Shown: positions 1 to 10,745 of the stretch, in pieces | Layout of the letters: every line of letters starts with the position of its first letter | Numbering within the stretch: position 1 is the first letter of the stretch | The notes under the pieces: model-generated | The model's input: only the letters and a program-made list of their open reading frames with translations | Databases searched by the model: none | What the model was told of the DNA's origin: nothing | Program-made: the position numbers and the translations under genes | Origin: Alphaproteobacteria bacterium | Lineage (GTDB): Bacteria; Pseudomonadota; Alphaproteobacteria; UBA8317 | Reading direction: 5' to 3' | Assembly: GCA_038131935.1 (NCBI GenBank) | Contig: JAYPQH010000036.1 | Location: 1-30,489 of the forward strand | DNA length: 30,489 bases

Positions 1-138
1 AAATGGTATATTCATATGGCTCAAAACTTGGACCACTACAGAAGAAAATCCACATTGCGGAAATACAGGTGTTCCCTTCATGAATAGAACCACATCATTG
101 GTTTTGACCGTGTCTTCAATCTGTTGGTGAATATTCAT
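1..138 (-). CDS. grxD: Monothiol glutaredoxin Grx4 family (5' part; runs off window start)
   Basis: Manual translation MNIHQQIEDTVKTNDVVLFMKGTPVFPQCGFSSVVVQVLSHMNIPF has the LFMKG and CGFS motifs; AAGGAG SD upstream; follows bolA. Confidence 0.93.
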   Translation of the reverse strand, partial: MNIHQQIEDTVKTNDVVLFMKGTPVFPQCGFSSVVVQVLSHMNIPF

Positions 139-172
139 GGTCTTTCATCTCCTTACCAAAAATTCTTTCTCT

Positions 173-411
173 TCATGTGTCCTTTGGAACTGCTGTTTGC
201 AAGGCCAAGGCATGCAAACACCACCCATTCTGCCTTGAAGTGCGTCATAGACAATCTTATGCTGTTGAACCCTATTTTTACCAACAAAGGCTGAACTCAC
301 AACTTTGGCTGCGTAATGGTCTCCATCGCCAGCCAAATCCTCAATTGTGACTTCCGCATCAGGCAAAGCATCAAGGATAAGTTTTTTAATATCTGCAGCA
401 TCCATCGCCAT
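173..411 (-). CDS. bolA: BolA family protein (1-nt frameshift near 217)
   Basis: DLAGDGDHY...[12 protein letters not shown] motifs. Adding one T in a T-run restores the conserved [11 protein letters not shown] end, with TGA at 173-175. Confidence 0.92.
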
Positions 412-417
412 ATCACA

Positions 418-2597
418 TTACCCCGTCACATTGTGAAGACCCCGTTCATGGGCTTCCCTCAAAGGCTAACAGAAATAGGCCCATGGCCTGACAATGTAAA
501 ATTATCATGGCCCATTGTCCCTATATCTTCGAACGGAATATGCTGTTCTTTTGCCATTTTGTCTAGTTTGCAAATGTTTTCTTCATCAATAATAAGAACA
601 TATCGAGCTTGGTCTTCACCAAACAATGCTGCCGCATTCGAGCCAATATTGGCTTGGAGTCCCACATTGTTGGCAAGAGAGAGTTCTGCAAGGCAAATAG
701 CCAGTCCGCCGTCAGAAACATCATGACATGCCAATACAAGCTGGTTTCTTATAGCTTGACGCACAAATTCACCATGACGCCTCTCATCATCAAAATTGAT
801 ACGAGGGGAGGGCCCATCATTTTTGTCCTTGAATATCTGTGACAAACATACTGCCACCAAGGTGCTGGCCGCGACCACCAATCAAAATAATGTGCGCATT
901 CTTCACGTCCTTGGATGCCGTTAAGCCCACTGCATCTTGTAAATGTTCCAATAACCCAACCCCACCAATGGTTGGTGTAGGTGGAATGCTCTTTTCGTCA
1001 GTTTCATTGTAAAGTGATACATTCCCCGAAACCACAGGATATTCTAAGGCGCGACATGCTGCATCAATACCTTTGATGGCTTCCACGAATTGAGCCATGA
1101 TTTCAGGTCGTTGTGGATTGCCAAAATTCAGATTGTCTGTGACGGCAAGTGGTTTCGCGCCAACCGCAGAAATATTTCGATAGGTTTCCACCACCGCTTG
1201 CATAGCACCCAGTCTTGGGTTCAAAGCACAGTAGCGTGGTGTTACGTCAGTGGAGATGGCAAGCCCTTTGGTTGTGCCTTCAAGTCCTACAAGGGCTGCA
1301 TCTGCTTGGCCAGGACGCAATATTGTTTGCCCACCTACCAAATGATCATATTGTGTATAGATGGGGCGACGGCTTGCTAGATTGGGATGCGACAACATCT
1401 TCAAAAGGACGTCTGACAGATCATCAATTTTAGGGTCGCTGTTGTAATCAGGATAAGATGGAGGTTGTGAATAAGGCCTGTCATATTCCGGAGCCTCATC
1501 ACCTAATTCTTTGATCGGAAGATCGGCTACCATCTCGCCATGATGAAATAGTTCAAATCGTTTCTCAGCTATTGTTTCGCCAACAATTGCAAAATCAAGT
1601 TCCCACTTTTGGAGAATTTTACGTGCATGCTCCTCTTTTCCTGGCGTCATAATGAGCAGCATACGCTCTTGGCTCTCGGACAGCATCATCTCATAAGCTG
1701 ACATATTGGGCTCTCTTTGTGGAACTTGATCAAGTTGCAAGCGTACGCCCATATTGCCTTTTGCACCCATTTCAACAGCCGAACATGTCAAGCCTGCCGC
1801 GCCCATGTCCTGAATGGCTTCGACACAGCCGGCCTGCATCAATTCTAAAGTCGCCTCCAAAAGCCGTTTTTCGCAGAAAGGGTCTCCAACTTGTACTGTT
1901 GGACGCAGTTCGGCAGCATCTTCACCAAATGAGGCTGATGCCATTGTCGCCCCGTGGATGCCATCCCTTCCTGTTTTTGCGCCAATATAGACAACTTGTC
2001 GTCCTATTTCAGATGCAGCGGCGTAAAAAATATTCTGTTTTTCTACAATGCCAACCGCCATGGCATTAACCAAAATATTGTTGTTATAGCCTTCATTGAA
2101 GGTGACAGAACCACCAACAGTTGGTACGCCAAATGCATTCCCATAGCCTCCAATGCCTGCGACCACACCACGCAATAATTTGGGGGTGAGATGGTGATCA
2201 GTGGAGCCAAAAATAATGCATTGAGGCTTGCTACTGGACGAGCACCCATCGTGAAAATATCACGTAATATTCCACCGACACCTGTTGCAGCACCCTGGTA
2301 AGGTTCGATGAATGAAGGATGATTGTGGCTTTCCATTTTAAAAACAACAGCCAATCCCTCACCAATATCAATAATACCTGCATTTTCGCCGGGGCCACAG
2401 ATAACATGTTCGCCTTCAGTGTGGAGGGTTTTTAGCCAAAGTTTTGATGACTTGTAAGAGCAGTGCTCATTCCACATTGCTGAGAATATTCCCAGTTCAA
2501 CGATATTTGGGTCACGTGCGATGAGCTTGCAAATTTTGTCATATTCATCCTGGCTTAGGCCATGTTGTGCAATGATGTCGTTGCTTATCTTGGTCAT
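418..2597 (-). CDS. purL: Phosphoribosylformylglycinamidine synthase subunit PurL (frameshifts near 2210, 822 and 462)
   Basis: [43 protein letters not shown] and HDVSDGG motifs across ORFs 2043-2597, 817-2175 and 459-881. Single-base homopolymer corrections join them; TAA at 418-420. Confidence 0.96.
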
Positions 2598-2599
2598 TA

Positions 2600-3268
2600 T
2601 TATCCCCGGAACATATTCGCAAAAGCCTCAAAAATCATGATGCCATCAGTGTTACCTTGTTTGGGTAATACATGGTCTTCGGGGTGAGGCATCATGCCAA
2701 GAATGCGCCCATTCTCACTACAAATACCAGCAATATCCTCGATAGACCCGTTAGGGTTTAAGCCTTCATAACGAAAGACTATTCTCCCTTGGTCATGGAG
2801 TTTCTGAAGGCCTATATGGTCGATGTCAAAGCAACCATCATGATGGGCAACTGGAACAGAGAGAATGGAGCTGTTTGGAATATTTTGAGTCAATACGCAG
2901 CAGCTGTTCTCTGTGCGTAAGGTAACATTCTGACACACAAAGCGACCATGATGATTTCGTCTCAAGGAGCCCGGAAGAAGACCTGTCTCCAGCAAAATTT
3001 GAAATCCATTACATACCCCAAACACAGGCATGCCCTCTCGGGCTTTGCTTATGGCATCACGCATAATGGCTGAATGTGCTGCCATGGCTCCAGGACGTAA
3101 ATAATCCCCATGAGCGAAGCCACCAGGCAAAACCAAGATATCCGTTTTTTGAGGTATATTGGTCTCTTGATGCCATACCAAGTCAACAGAAAACCCAGCT
3201 TGTGTGAGAGCCACACTCATGTCGCGTTCACGGTTGGTGCCAGGGAACACCACAACAGAAGCCTTCAC
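2600..3268 (-). CDS. purQ: FGAM synthase glutaminase subunit PurQ
   Basis: [23 protein letters not shown] and GMMPHPE motifs; GTG start at 3268 overlaps the purS stop (GTGA). Confidence 0.96.
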   Translation of the reverse strand: MKASVVVFPGTNRERDMSVALTQAGFSVDLVWHQETNIPQKTDILVLPGGFAHGDYLRPGAMAAHSAIMRDAISKAREGMPVFGVCNGFQILLETGLLPGSLRRNHHGRFVCQNVTLRTENSCCVLTQNIPNSSILSVPVAHHDGCFDIDHIGLQKLHDQGRIVFRYEGLNPNGSIEDIAGICSENGRILGMMPHPEDHVLPKQGNTDGIMIFEAFANMFRG

Positions 3269-3510
3269 GAGATCACCTGCAATACAAACCGTTCCAGAAC
3301 AGTGTTGGCGAGGAGCTCTTTGCACATTGTTTCAGCCTGCGAGAGAGCTTCTTCTTCATTATTGCTGTCTATTTCTAGAATCATATGTTTTCCCATCACC
3401 AAGTTCTTTAACTGAGAAAAACCCATGTCATGTAAAGCCGAGCTCACAGCTTCTGCCTGAGGGTCGTGAACACCTGGCTTAAGGGTGATGCTTACCTGGA
3501 CTTTGATCAT
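3265..3510 (-). CDS. purS: FGAM synthase subunit PurS
   Basis: LKPGVHDPQ and [12 protein letters not shown] motifs; lies between purC and purQ. Confidence 0.95.
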   Translation of the reverse strand: MIKVQVSITLKPGVHDPQAEAVSSALHDMGFSQLKNLVMGKHMILEIDSNNEEEALSQAETMCKELLANTVLERFVLQVIS

Positions 3511-4262
3511 GATTCTTCACTTTCATTTTTTGAGGTGCCGGCAGGAAAAATACCTAATCGCGTCGCTACTTCGTGATAGGCTTCTGTAACCCCACCGAGT
3601 CCTTCACGAAATCTATCTTTGTCAAGTTTGTTCCCAGTTTTAGCGTCCCATAAGCGACAATTGTCTGGACTTATTTCATCAGCAAGGATGATGCGAAACC
3701 CATCTGAATGGTAATGTCGACCAAATTCTAACTTGAAATCAACCAAACGGATGCCAATAGCTAAGAATAATCCAGACAGGAAATCATTTACCCTTGTTGC
3801 CATTCCAACGATGTCATCCATTTCTTGGGGTGTGGCCCAGCCAAAGGCTGTTATATGATCTTCACTGATCATAGGGTCTCCTAAGGCGTCGTCTTTATAG
3901 TAAAATTCGATGAGGGGTCTGGGTATCTTTTCTCCTTCATTCAATCCTAGTCGTTTGGCCAAGCTGCCCGCAATCACGTTGCGAACAACAACTTCAACAG
4001 GAATGATTTCTACTTGATACACCAATTGCTCTCGCATATTCAGCCGACGGATAAAATGAGTGGGGATACCGATTTCACCCAAGCCCGTCATAATGTTCTC
4101 GCTAATACGATTGTTGAGAACGCCTTTCCCATCAAGAATCTCATGCTTGACTTTGTTAAAAGCGGTCGTGTCATCTTTAAAATATTGGATCAGTGTTCCT
4201 GGCTCAGGTCCCTCGTAAAGCGTTTTGGCTTTCCCATCGTAAATCACGCGTCGTCTGCTCAT
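3507..4262 (-). CDS. purC: SAICAR synthase
   Basis: [33 protein letters not shown] and LDKDRFR motifs. Confidence 0.97.
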   Translation of the reverse strand: MSRRRVIYDGKAKTLYEGPEPGTLIQYFKDDTTAFNKVKHEILDGKGVLNNRISENIMTGLGEIGIPTHFIRRLNMREQLVYQVEIIPVEVVVRNVIAGSLAKRLGLNEGEKIPRPLIEFYYKDDALGDPMISEDHITAFGWATPQEMDDIVGMATRVNDFLSGLFLAIGIRLVDFKLEFGRHYHSDGFRIILADEISPDNCRLWDAKTGNKLDKDRFREGLGGVTEAYHEVATRLGIFPAGTSKNESEES

Positions 4263-4374
4263 GATATATCCTTCATGCTACTCTCTTGTCGGAAATTCGA
4301 TCCCGTTGTTACATCACCTGTAAGCCAGCTCTTTCATGTAAAGCAATGAATTTCGAGAAAAGGATAGTGCAACC

Positions 4375-4695
4375 ATGGTCGATCAATTTCAACAGCGTTC
4401 AGCAGCTGCACAAGCCGCAATGTCCAGGCAACAAATACGTGAGTTTCGTATTCAGGTTGCAAGGGTTCGTTCATTTGCACAGTTACTCGATGAGGAAACT
4501 CAGTTGTCCTGCGCTGCCTTCGGGGAAATATGGGCAGATGATGTCATTATGCATGGGCTTCAAGAGGACTTTGTATCAAAAGCTCATCAACTGCTTATGG
4601 AGCATAATGCATTGATATCAGTATCCCGGCTGCATGAATTATGGGGCCAATCCCTGATGATAGCGCGCAATACAGAATTAGGTGAGCCAACGTGA
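4375..4695 (+). CDS. Divergent DUF1476 / ATP synthase zeta-subunit-like protein
   Basis: 106 aa, divergent from purC (the usual DUF1476 position in Alphaproteobacteria). N-terminal F-x2-R...F-x5-R-x-R spacing matches zeta (FDDRE...FKAEARRNR). Confidence 0.55.
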   Translation: MVDQFQQRSAAAQAAMSRQQIREFRIQVARVRSFAQLLDEETQLSCAAFGEIWADDVIMHGLQEDFVSKAHQLLMEHNALISVSRLHELWGQSLMIARNTELGEPT

Positions 4696-6199
4696 ATATT
4701 GTTCAATTGTTGCATAAATCTGCCAGGTCATATCCCGAAAAATGGGCTTTATGTTTGGGGCTGGAAAAATATGCTCGTTATGGCGAATTCGCTGAAAAAG
4801 TCATGTCAATCGGTTTTTATCTAAGAGAAAAAAAGGGGATAAAGGTTGGTGATCGGGTCGCAATGGCACTGCCTAATAGTCCATTTTTTTATGAATTTTT
4901 GTTTGCAGTATGGCATATAGGTGGGGTGATTGTGCCTATGAATGCCAAATTACATCTGCGAGAATGGGATTATATAGCCACCCATAGTGAAGCAAATTAC
5001 CTTCTTCTTAGTGAAGACAATATTGAGCCATTCCAACGTCAACAAACCTCCGCCTGCGTCGTTGAAACGCCATCGATCATCATGGGCAGTGCTCTAGAGA
5101 AGGAACCGTATCCAGCTGCTTTACGTTGTCCAGAAGATCCTGCTTGGATATTTTACACAAGTGGCACAACGGGGAGGCCTAAGGGCGCTGTGTTGACCCA
5201 TCGTAACTTACTGGTCATGACCTTGAGTTATTTTGCAGATATCGACCAGATAAAACCTGAGCAGACGATTATTCATGCCGCGCCTATGTCTCACGGTTCT
5301 GGTTTGTATGGTCTGCCTCACATTGCAAAAGCGGCCATGCATGTCATTCCGCAAAGTGGTGGATTTCAATCAGATGAATTTTTCCAGCTACTGGCAAATT
5401 ATCCTGAAGTTACCATCTTTGCCGCCCCCACCATGGTGGTGCGTATGATGCGCTCAATGAATGATGAGACTGATATCTCAAACTTGCGGCTCATTTGCTA
5501 TGGGGTGGGCCCATGTATGTTGAGGACACCCGTCGGGCTTTGCAAGTTTTTGGTCCAAAACTTGTCCAAATTTACGGTCAAGGGGAAGCGCCCATGACCA
5601 TTGCCGCCCTTCCTCGAGCTGCACATCTCAAACGTGAAGATGATGAGGATTGGCTATCTCGACTGGCATCCGTTGGCGTGGCGAGGACAGATGTTGAAAT
5701 TGGTATTTTTGACCAAAATGGTAAAGAGTTAGGACCGCTATCAATTGGTGAGGTGGCTGTGCGCGGTGACATAGTTATGTCAGGTTATTGGAATGATCCA
5801 GCTGCTACAAATGCTGCAATTCGAAATGGTTGGCTTTTTACCGGTGATATGGGTTTTTTGGATAACAAAGGTTTTTTGTTTCTGAAAGACCGTTCCAAAG
5901 ATTTGATCATAAGTGGCGGAACAAATATTTATCCACGTGAAGTTGAAGAAATCCTACTTCGCCATGAAGCTATATGGGAGGTGGCTGTCATTGGGGAACC
6001 TGATGAGGAGTGGGGCGAAAACGTCGTTGCTTTCTACGCCGTTCGTGATGGCTACCATGTGACTACAGAGGATTTGGATGCACATTGTCTTGGCCAACTT
6101 GCACGTTTTAAAAGGCCAAAAAAATATATTCGCCTAGATGATCTTCCCAAAAATCATTATGGGAAGATCTTGAAACGTTCGTTGCGTGAGCAATTGTGA
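4692..6199 (+). CDS. AMP-binding acyl-CoA synthetase (long-chain fatty acid-CoA ligase family); frameshift near 5503
   Basis: YTSGTTGRPKG, QIYGQGE, TGDMG, DRSKDLIISGGTNIYP and GKILKR motifs. One G added in a G-run restores YGGGPM and joins ORFs 4692-5597 and 5495-6199. Confidence 0.92.
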
Positions 6200-6211
6200 C
6201 AACATCATCTG

Positions 6212-7510
6212 TCAAGTTGACTGAAATACCCGCTGAAAAATTGTGTCAACATGCTTGGTATGATGATCAAGGTCAAAAAGTGACTCAAGTTGTTCTTTGT
6301 TCAAATATTGCTGAAGTTGATCATGTGAACTTAGACGTCCTAATAGATCTCCATTGCCGCGCCAAACTTCCATAGCTTCAGTTTGCACCAACCTATACGC
6401 TTCTTCACGTGACATCCCCGCTTGCGTGAGGGCAAGCATGACGCGCTGGGAATGAACAAGCCCTCCGAGCCGATCTAAATTTTTTTGCATGTTTTCAGGA
6501 TAAACAACCAATCTCTCAAGCAAACCAGCTAGCCTATGTAAGGCGAAGTCCAATGTAACTGTTGCATCAGGCGCAATGTTTCGTTCCACTGATGAATGCG
6601 AAATATCGCGCTCGTGCCACAAGGCAACATTCTCCAATGCGGGGATAACATAGCCGCGGACGAGCCTGGCCAGCCCAGTGAGGTTTTCAGATAAAACTGG
6701 GTTGCGTTTATGTGGCATGGCAGAAGAACCCTTTTGCCCTGGAGAAAAATACTCCTCCGCTTCTAAAACCTCAGTACGTTGTAAGTGTCTAACTTCTACA
6801 GAAATTTGCTCTATGACACTGGCTATGACTGCTAATGTTGAAAAATAATGCGCATGTCTATCGCGTGGGATAACTTGTGTGGATATTGGCTCAATCCTCA
6901 TGTCCATAGCATTGGCAACATATTCCTCAACAGCAGGATCAACATTGGCAAATGTGCCCACAGCACCTGAAATGGCCACGGTTGATATGTCTTCAATTGC
7001 TGCATGAAGCCTCTGCTTGCATCGATCCATAGCAGCGTAAAAGCCAGCGAGTTTCAGACCAAAAGTTGTTGGTTCAGCATGAATGCCATGGGATCTTCCT
7101 ACCGTTGGGGTATAACGATGTTCCTCGGCTCTTGTACGCAGTGCATTCAAAACCCTCTCAACGCCCTCAAGCAACAAAAGTCCAGCGCGTCGCAGTTGTA
7201 CGTTTAGGCAACTGTCAAGAATATCCGATGATGTCATGCCTTGATGTAAAAACCTTGCTTCTGGCCCGACATGCTCACTGACTGAGGTCAAAAAAGCAAT
7301 AACATCGTGTTTTACCTCAGCTTCTATCTCGTCGATGCGATCGATATCAAACTTGGCTTTCTCTCGGAGAATGATGACATCTTCTTTTGGTATCGTGCCC
7401 ATATTTGCCATGGCTTCCGCGGCGTGCAATTCAAGTTCAAGCCAAATCGCATATTTTGTTTCTTGTGACCAAATTGCTGTCATTTCCGGTCGGCTGTAAC
7501 GAGGAATCAT
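6212..7510 (-). CDS. purB: Adenylosuccinate lyase
   Basis: MIPRYSRPEM start (ATG 7510); GRSHGIHAEP and GSSAMPHKRNP signatures. Confidence 0.97.
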   Translation of the reverse strand: MIPRYSRPEMTAIWSQETKYAIWLELELHAAEAMANMGTIPKEDVIILREKAKFDIDRIDEIEAEVKHDVIAFLTSVSEHVGPEARFLHQGMTSSDILDSCLNVQLRRAGLLLLEGVERVLNALRTRAEEHRYTPTVGRSHGIHAEPTTFGLKLAGFYAAMDRCKQRLHAAIEDISTVAISGAVGTFANVDPAVEEYVANAMDMRIEPISTQVIPRDRHAHYFSTLAVIASVIEQISVEVRHLQRTEVLEAEEYFSPGQKGSSAMPHKRNPVLSENLTGLARLVRGYVIPALENVALWHERDISHSSVERNIAPDATVTLDFALHRLAGLLERLVVYPENMQKNLDRLGGLVHSQRVMLALTQAGMSREEAYRLVQTEAMEVWRGNGDLLGRLSSHDQLQQYLNKEQLESLFDLDHHTKHVDTIFQRVFQST

Positions 7511-7554
7511 GTGCTTCTCCAAGTGTGAATATAATCGTGGTAAAGATATGGCGG

Positions 7555-8424
7555 TTAAGTCGCCATGTTGTAAGGTGGATGGTCCCAACCTTTAAGCGAG
7601 TGGGTGAATATTTCAAAACCATCTGCGGTGACGCCGATAGAATGTTCAAATTGCGCTGATAGCGAGCGATCACGTGTCACAGCTGTCCAGCCATCTGAGA
7701 GAATTTTTACCTCAGGTCGACCAAGATTGATCATGGGTTCAACAGTAAAAAACATACCTTCCATGAGTGTGACGCCTTCCCCAGCTTTCCCAAAATGTAA
7801 AATATTGGGTGCGTCATGGAATATAGTTCCCAGGCCATGTCCGCAAAAATCTCTTACAACGGAACATCTCTCTGCTTCGGCAAATTTTTGAATGGCATAA
7901 CCTATATCGCCTGTCGTTGCGCCTGGTTTGACCGTATTGATGCCCGCCATCATTGCGTCATAGGTAATTTGTATGAGGCGCTTTGCTTTTACGCTCACGT
8001 CGCCCACAAAGAACATCCGGCTGGTATCGCCATGCCAACCATCTCGGATGACGGTTACGTCGATATTTAGAATATCGCCATCTTTCAGAACCTTAGGCCC
8101 TGGGATGCCGTGGCATACAACATGGTTGAGGCTGGTACAGATTGATTTAGGAAAACCTCGGTAATTCAGAGGGGCGGGGATCGCCTTTTGGTCCATGATA
8201 TATTCATGGCAGATTTGATCTAACTTCTCTGTTGTAACACCGGGCACAACGTATGGGGTTATCATATCAAGCGTTTCAGCTGCGAGTTTTCCTGCCTCTC
8301 GCATGGCTGTGAAGGCATCTGCGCCGTGTAACTTGATGGGGCCCATCGCTGTTTGCACAATTTTTACAATTGACTGGTTTGGCATAAAGCTCTCTTCTCC
8401 GTTGTCATTTTTAGGATTGCTCAA
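7555..8424 (-). CDS. map: Methionine aminopeptidase type I
   Basis: CTSLNHVVCHGIP, DVTVIRDGWHGD, GHGLG, TVEPMIN and AQFEHS motifs; start is TTG 8424 or ATG 8385. Confidence 0.97.
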   Translation of the reverse strand: MSNPKNDNGEESFMPNQSIVKIVQTAMGPIKLHGADAFTAMREAGKLAAETLDMITPYVVPGVTTEKLDQICHEYIMDQKAIPAPLNYRGFPKSICTSLNHVVCHGIPGPKVLKDGDILNIDVTVIRDGWHGDTSRMFFVGDVSVKAKRLIQITYDAMMAGINTVKPGATTGDIGYAIQKFAEAERCSVVRDFCGHGLGTIFHDAPNILHFGKAGEGVTLMEGMFFTVEPMINLGRPEVKILSDGWTAVTRDRSLSAQFEHSIGVTADGFEIFTHSLKGWDHPPYNMAT

Positions 8425-8425
8425 G

Positions 8426-9136
8426 TCAATCTAATCCCAAAATGGGTATATGTCTCGACAGCGATATCGTTCGCGTAGAAACATGGCAATCCACCGCGTG
8501 AAATTGTACACCTGCTAAAGCTGCTTGGCGCGCTGCAACAGCGTAAGCAGGATCGATATCATCAGCAAACCTCATGGCTTCGCAATCGCCGCGCTGAATG
8601 ACATAGACCATGGCGCAAGGATAGCCAGTTTTGGATAAATTTTCCAATATATTGAGATGCTTCCTACCTCGGTCAGTTTTGCTATCAGGAAATTCAGCCA
8701 AACCTTTGGTGCGCACGAGATGCACATTTTTAACTTCCATAAAACCTTCATGGGGTTGATAATTGACGGCGAAATCAAGCCGTGTTCCAGCTTCTATTTT
8801 TACCTCAGGTTTTATAAGGCTGATATGTTGAAGACCAGGGATGGACTTATGTTCAAGAGCCTCTGAAATAATCTTGTTCGGCATTTGCGTGTTGATCCCA
8901 ACCAGGCCCTGAGGGCCTAAGCATGTGAGGGTCCATGAATAAGGCAATTTGGCTGTTTTTGATGTTGCTGCTGATACATAGATGCGCATTCCTGGTTCTG
9001 CCAAGCCAGTCATCGCGCCAGGATTGGGGCAGTGTATGGTGATTTCCTGTTGCAGGTTGTTTTCAAGACGGATATCGGCGAGGAAACGTTTGTAACGTCT
9101 TACAAGCTGAGCGGGGTAAAGGGGAGGAAAGTCCAT
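8426..9136 (-). CDS. sfsA: SfsA family DNA/RNA nuclease (sugar fermentation stimulation protein)
   Basis: RYKRFLAD, HCPNPGAM, EVKNV, FPDSKTDRGRKHL and IDPAYA motifs. Confidence 0.95.
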   Translation of the reverse strand: MDFPPLYPAQLVRRYKRFLADIRLENNLQQEITIHCPNPGAMTGLAEPGMRIYVSAATSKTAKLPYSWTLTCLGPQGLVGINTQMPNKIISEALEHKSIPGLQHISLIKPEVKIEAGTRLDFAVNYQPHEGFMEVKNVHLVRTKGLAEFPDSKTDRGRKHLNILENLSKTGYPCAMVYVIQRGDCEAMRFADDIDPAYAVAARQAALAGVQFHAVDCHVSTRTISLSRHIPILGLD

Positions 9137-9881
9137 GGTTCAAAAATTTTCAAAAGTAGCGATGTTGGTGATAGGTGATGAGATTTTGTCAGGTCGTACA
9201 AGAGATGCCAATATCAATACTGTGGCTTTGTGGCTATCCGATTTAGGTATTGAGCTTGCTGAGGCACGAATAATTGCTGACGTTCACGATGAGATTGTCG
9301 CTACCATTCAGGAGCTTTCTCGCAAATATGATGCGGTATTTACCTCTGGTGGTATAGGCCCCACCCATGATGACATCACTGCTGATGCTGTTGCTGCCGC
9401 ATTTGGCTTGAAGATAGATCATGATCCACGCGCTGTGGCGTTGCTTGAAGATTATTACCCACCTGAAATGCGCAATGAGGCACGCATGCGGATGGCACGC
9501 CTTCCAGATAACGCAAGATTGATAGATAACCCTGTAAGTGTCGCTCCAGGCTTTGTTGTTGAAAATGTCTATGTCATGGCAGGTGTCCCCAAAATTTTTG
9601 CTGGTATGTTGGAAGGCTTGGTTCCAGAATTTTCAGGCGGAACGCCTCTTCTGTCAGAAACGTTGAGGGTAGAAGTGGGTGAAGGGCAAATTGCCGCTGT
9701 TCTGGGGGCGTTACAAGCCGAACAGTCTGACGTCAAACTCGGATGTTATCCTTACGGACATGATGGGAAATATGCGGCAAGGGTGGTAGCAAGGGGACGA
9801 GACCGTGGGCGTTTGCGGTCTGTTCTAGATATCTTGCAACAAAAATTGGTTGATATGGATATAACATCAAATTTTGAATAG
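9135..9881 (+). CDS. CinA N-terminal-like molybdopterin-binding domain protein
   Basis: VIGDEILSGRTRDAN, SGGIGPTHDDIT and MAGVP motifs; GGAGG SD at 9123-9127. Confidence 0.92.
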   Translation: MVQKFSKVAMLVIGDEILSGRTRDANINTVALWLSDLGIELAEARIIADVHDEIVATIQELSRKYDAVFTSGGIGPTHDDITADAVAAAFGLKIDHDPRAVALLEDYYPPEMRNEARMRMARLPDNARLIDNPVSVAPGFVVENVYVMAGVPKIFAGMLEGLVPEFSGGTPLLSETLRVEVGEGQIAAVLGALQAEQSDVKLGCYPYGHDGKYAARVVARGRDRGRLRSVLDILQQKLVDMDITSNFE

Positions 9882-9894
9882 TTTACATTTTGTA

Positions 9895-9946
9895 TTGACA
9901 GGTATCGCAAGGGCCATGACCATGCTTTAGCGATATGAGAGAGGAG
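9895..9946 (+). promoter_or_regulatory. Putative sigma70 promoter, palindrome and RBS for the aldolase operon
   Basis: Perfect TTGACA at 9895-9900; imperfect palindrome TATCGC...GCGATA at 9903-9935; GAGGAG at 9941-9946. The -10 element is non-consensus. Confidence 0.4.
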
Positions 9947-9953
9947 ACCCAAT

Positions 9954-10721
9954 ATGTACGCAGATCTTAATATAAAAAGTGTTCAAGAAGAAGTAAGCGC
10001 TGAGGAATGGCAATTACGTGTCGAACTCGCCGCTTGCTACCGTTTGGTTGCATTACATGGTTGGGATGATCTGATTTTTACTCATATTTCTGTGCGGGTG
10101 CCGGGGCCAGAGCATCATTTTCTGATCAACCCATATGGAATGCAATTTGAAGAAATTACGGCTTCGAGCCTCGTTAAAATTGATTGTGAAGGCGAGATTG
10201 TTGCTAATGCGGGTCCCTTTTCCTTCAATAAGGCTGGTTTCGTGATCCATTCAGCCATCCATATGGCACGCGATGATGCCCAATGCGTGATTCATTTACA
10301 TACCCCTGATGGCGTTGCCGTCTCGGCACAGAAAGATGGTTTGCTGGGCATTTCTCAACATGCGCTCTTGCTCCAGCCACATATAGCTTATCATCATTAC
10401 GAAGGTGTGGCTTTTGATACAGATGAACGCTCACGTTTGGTGAAAGATCTTGGGGATAAGAGGCTTTTTATGCTTCGAAATCATGGGACATTGGCGGTTG
10501 GTCGCACATGTGCTGAAGCATTCATGGGCATTTTCTTCCTGGAAAAAGCATGTTCTGTTCAAGTTAGAGCGTTGACAGGTGAGATTAATTGGCCTGACGA
10601 AGCTGCAAAAAATACCACTTGGAAACAAGGACAAGATATGTTTGATCGTTCCGTCCCTGACCTTGCTTGGTCGGCGCTTATGCGTAAGCTAGATCGGATA
10701 GATCCAAGTTTTAAACAATAA
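9954..10721 (+). CDS. Class II aldolase/adducin family protein
   Basis: HISVRVPG, FLINPYG, AGFVIHSAIH, HLHT and LRNHG metal-binding motifs. Confidence 0.93.
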   Translation: MYADLNIKSVQEEVSAEEWQLRVELAACYRLVALHGWDDLIFTHISVRVPGPEHHFLINPYGMQFEEITASSLVKIDCEGEIVANAGPFSFNKAGFVIHSAIHMARDDAQCVIHLHTPDGVAVSAQKDGLLGISQHALLLQPHIAYHHYEGVAFDTDERSRLVKDLGDKRLFMLRNHGTLAVGRTCAEAFMGIFFLEKACSVQVRALTGEINWPDEAAKNTTWKQGQDMFDRSVPDLAWSALMRKLDRIDPSFKQ

Positions 10722-10745
10722 AATTTGAAGTGGTTGAAAAATAAA

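Noticed and set aside
418-2597. purL as a pseudogene, split gene or programmed frameshift
   Set aside because: All breaks are single-base homopolymer changes, the motifs are intact, and the same pattern occurs window-wide, so assembly error is more parsimonious.
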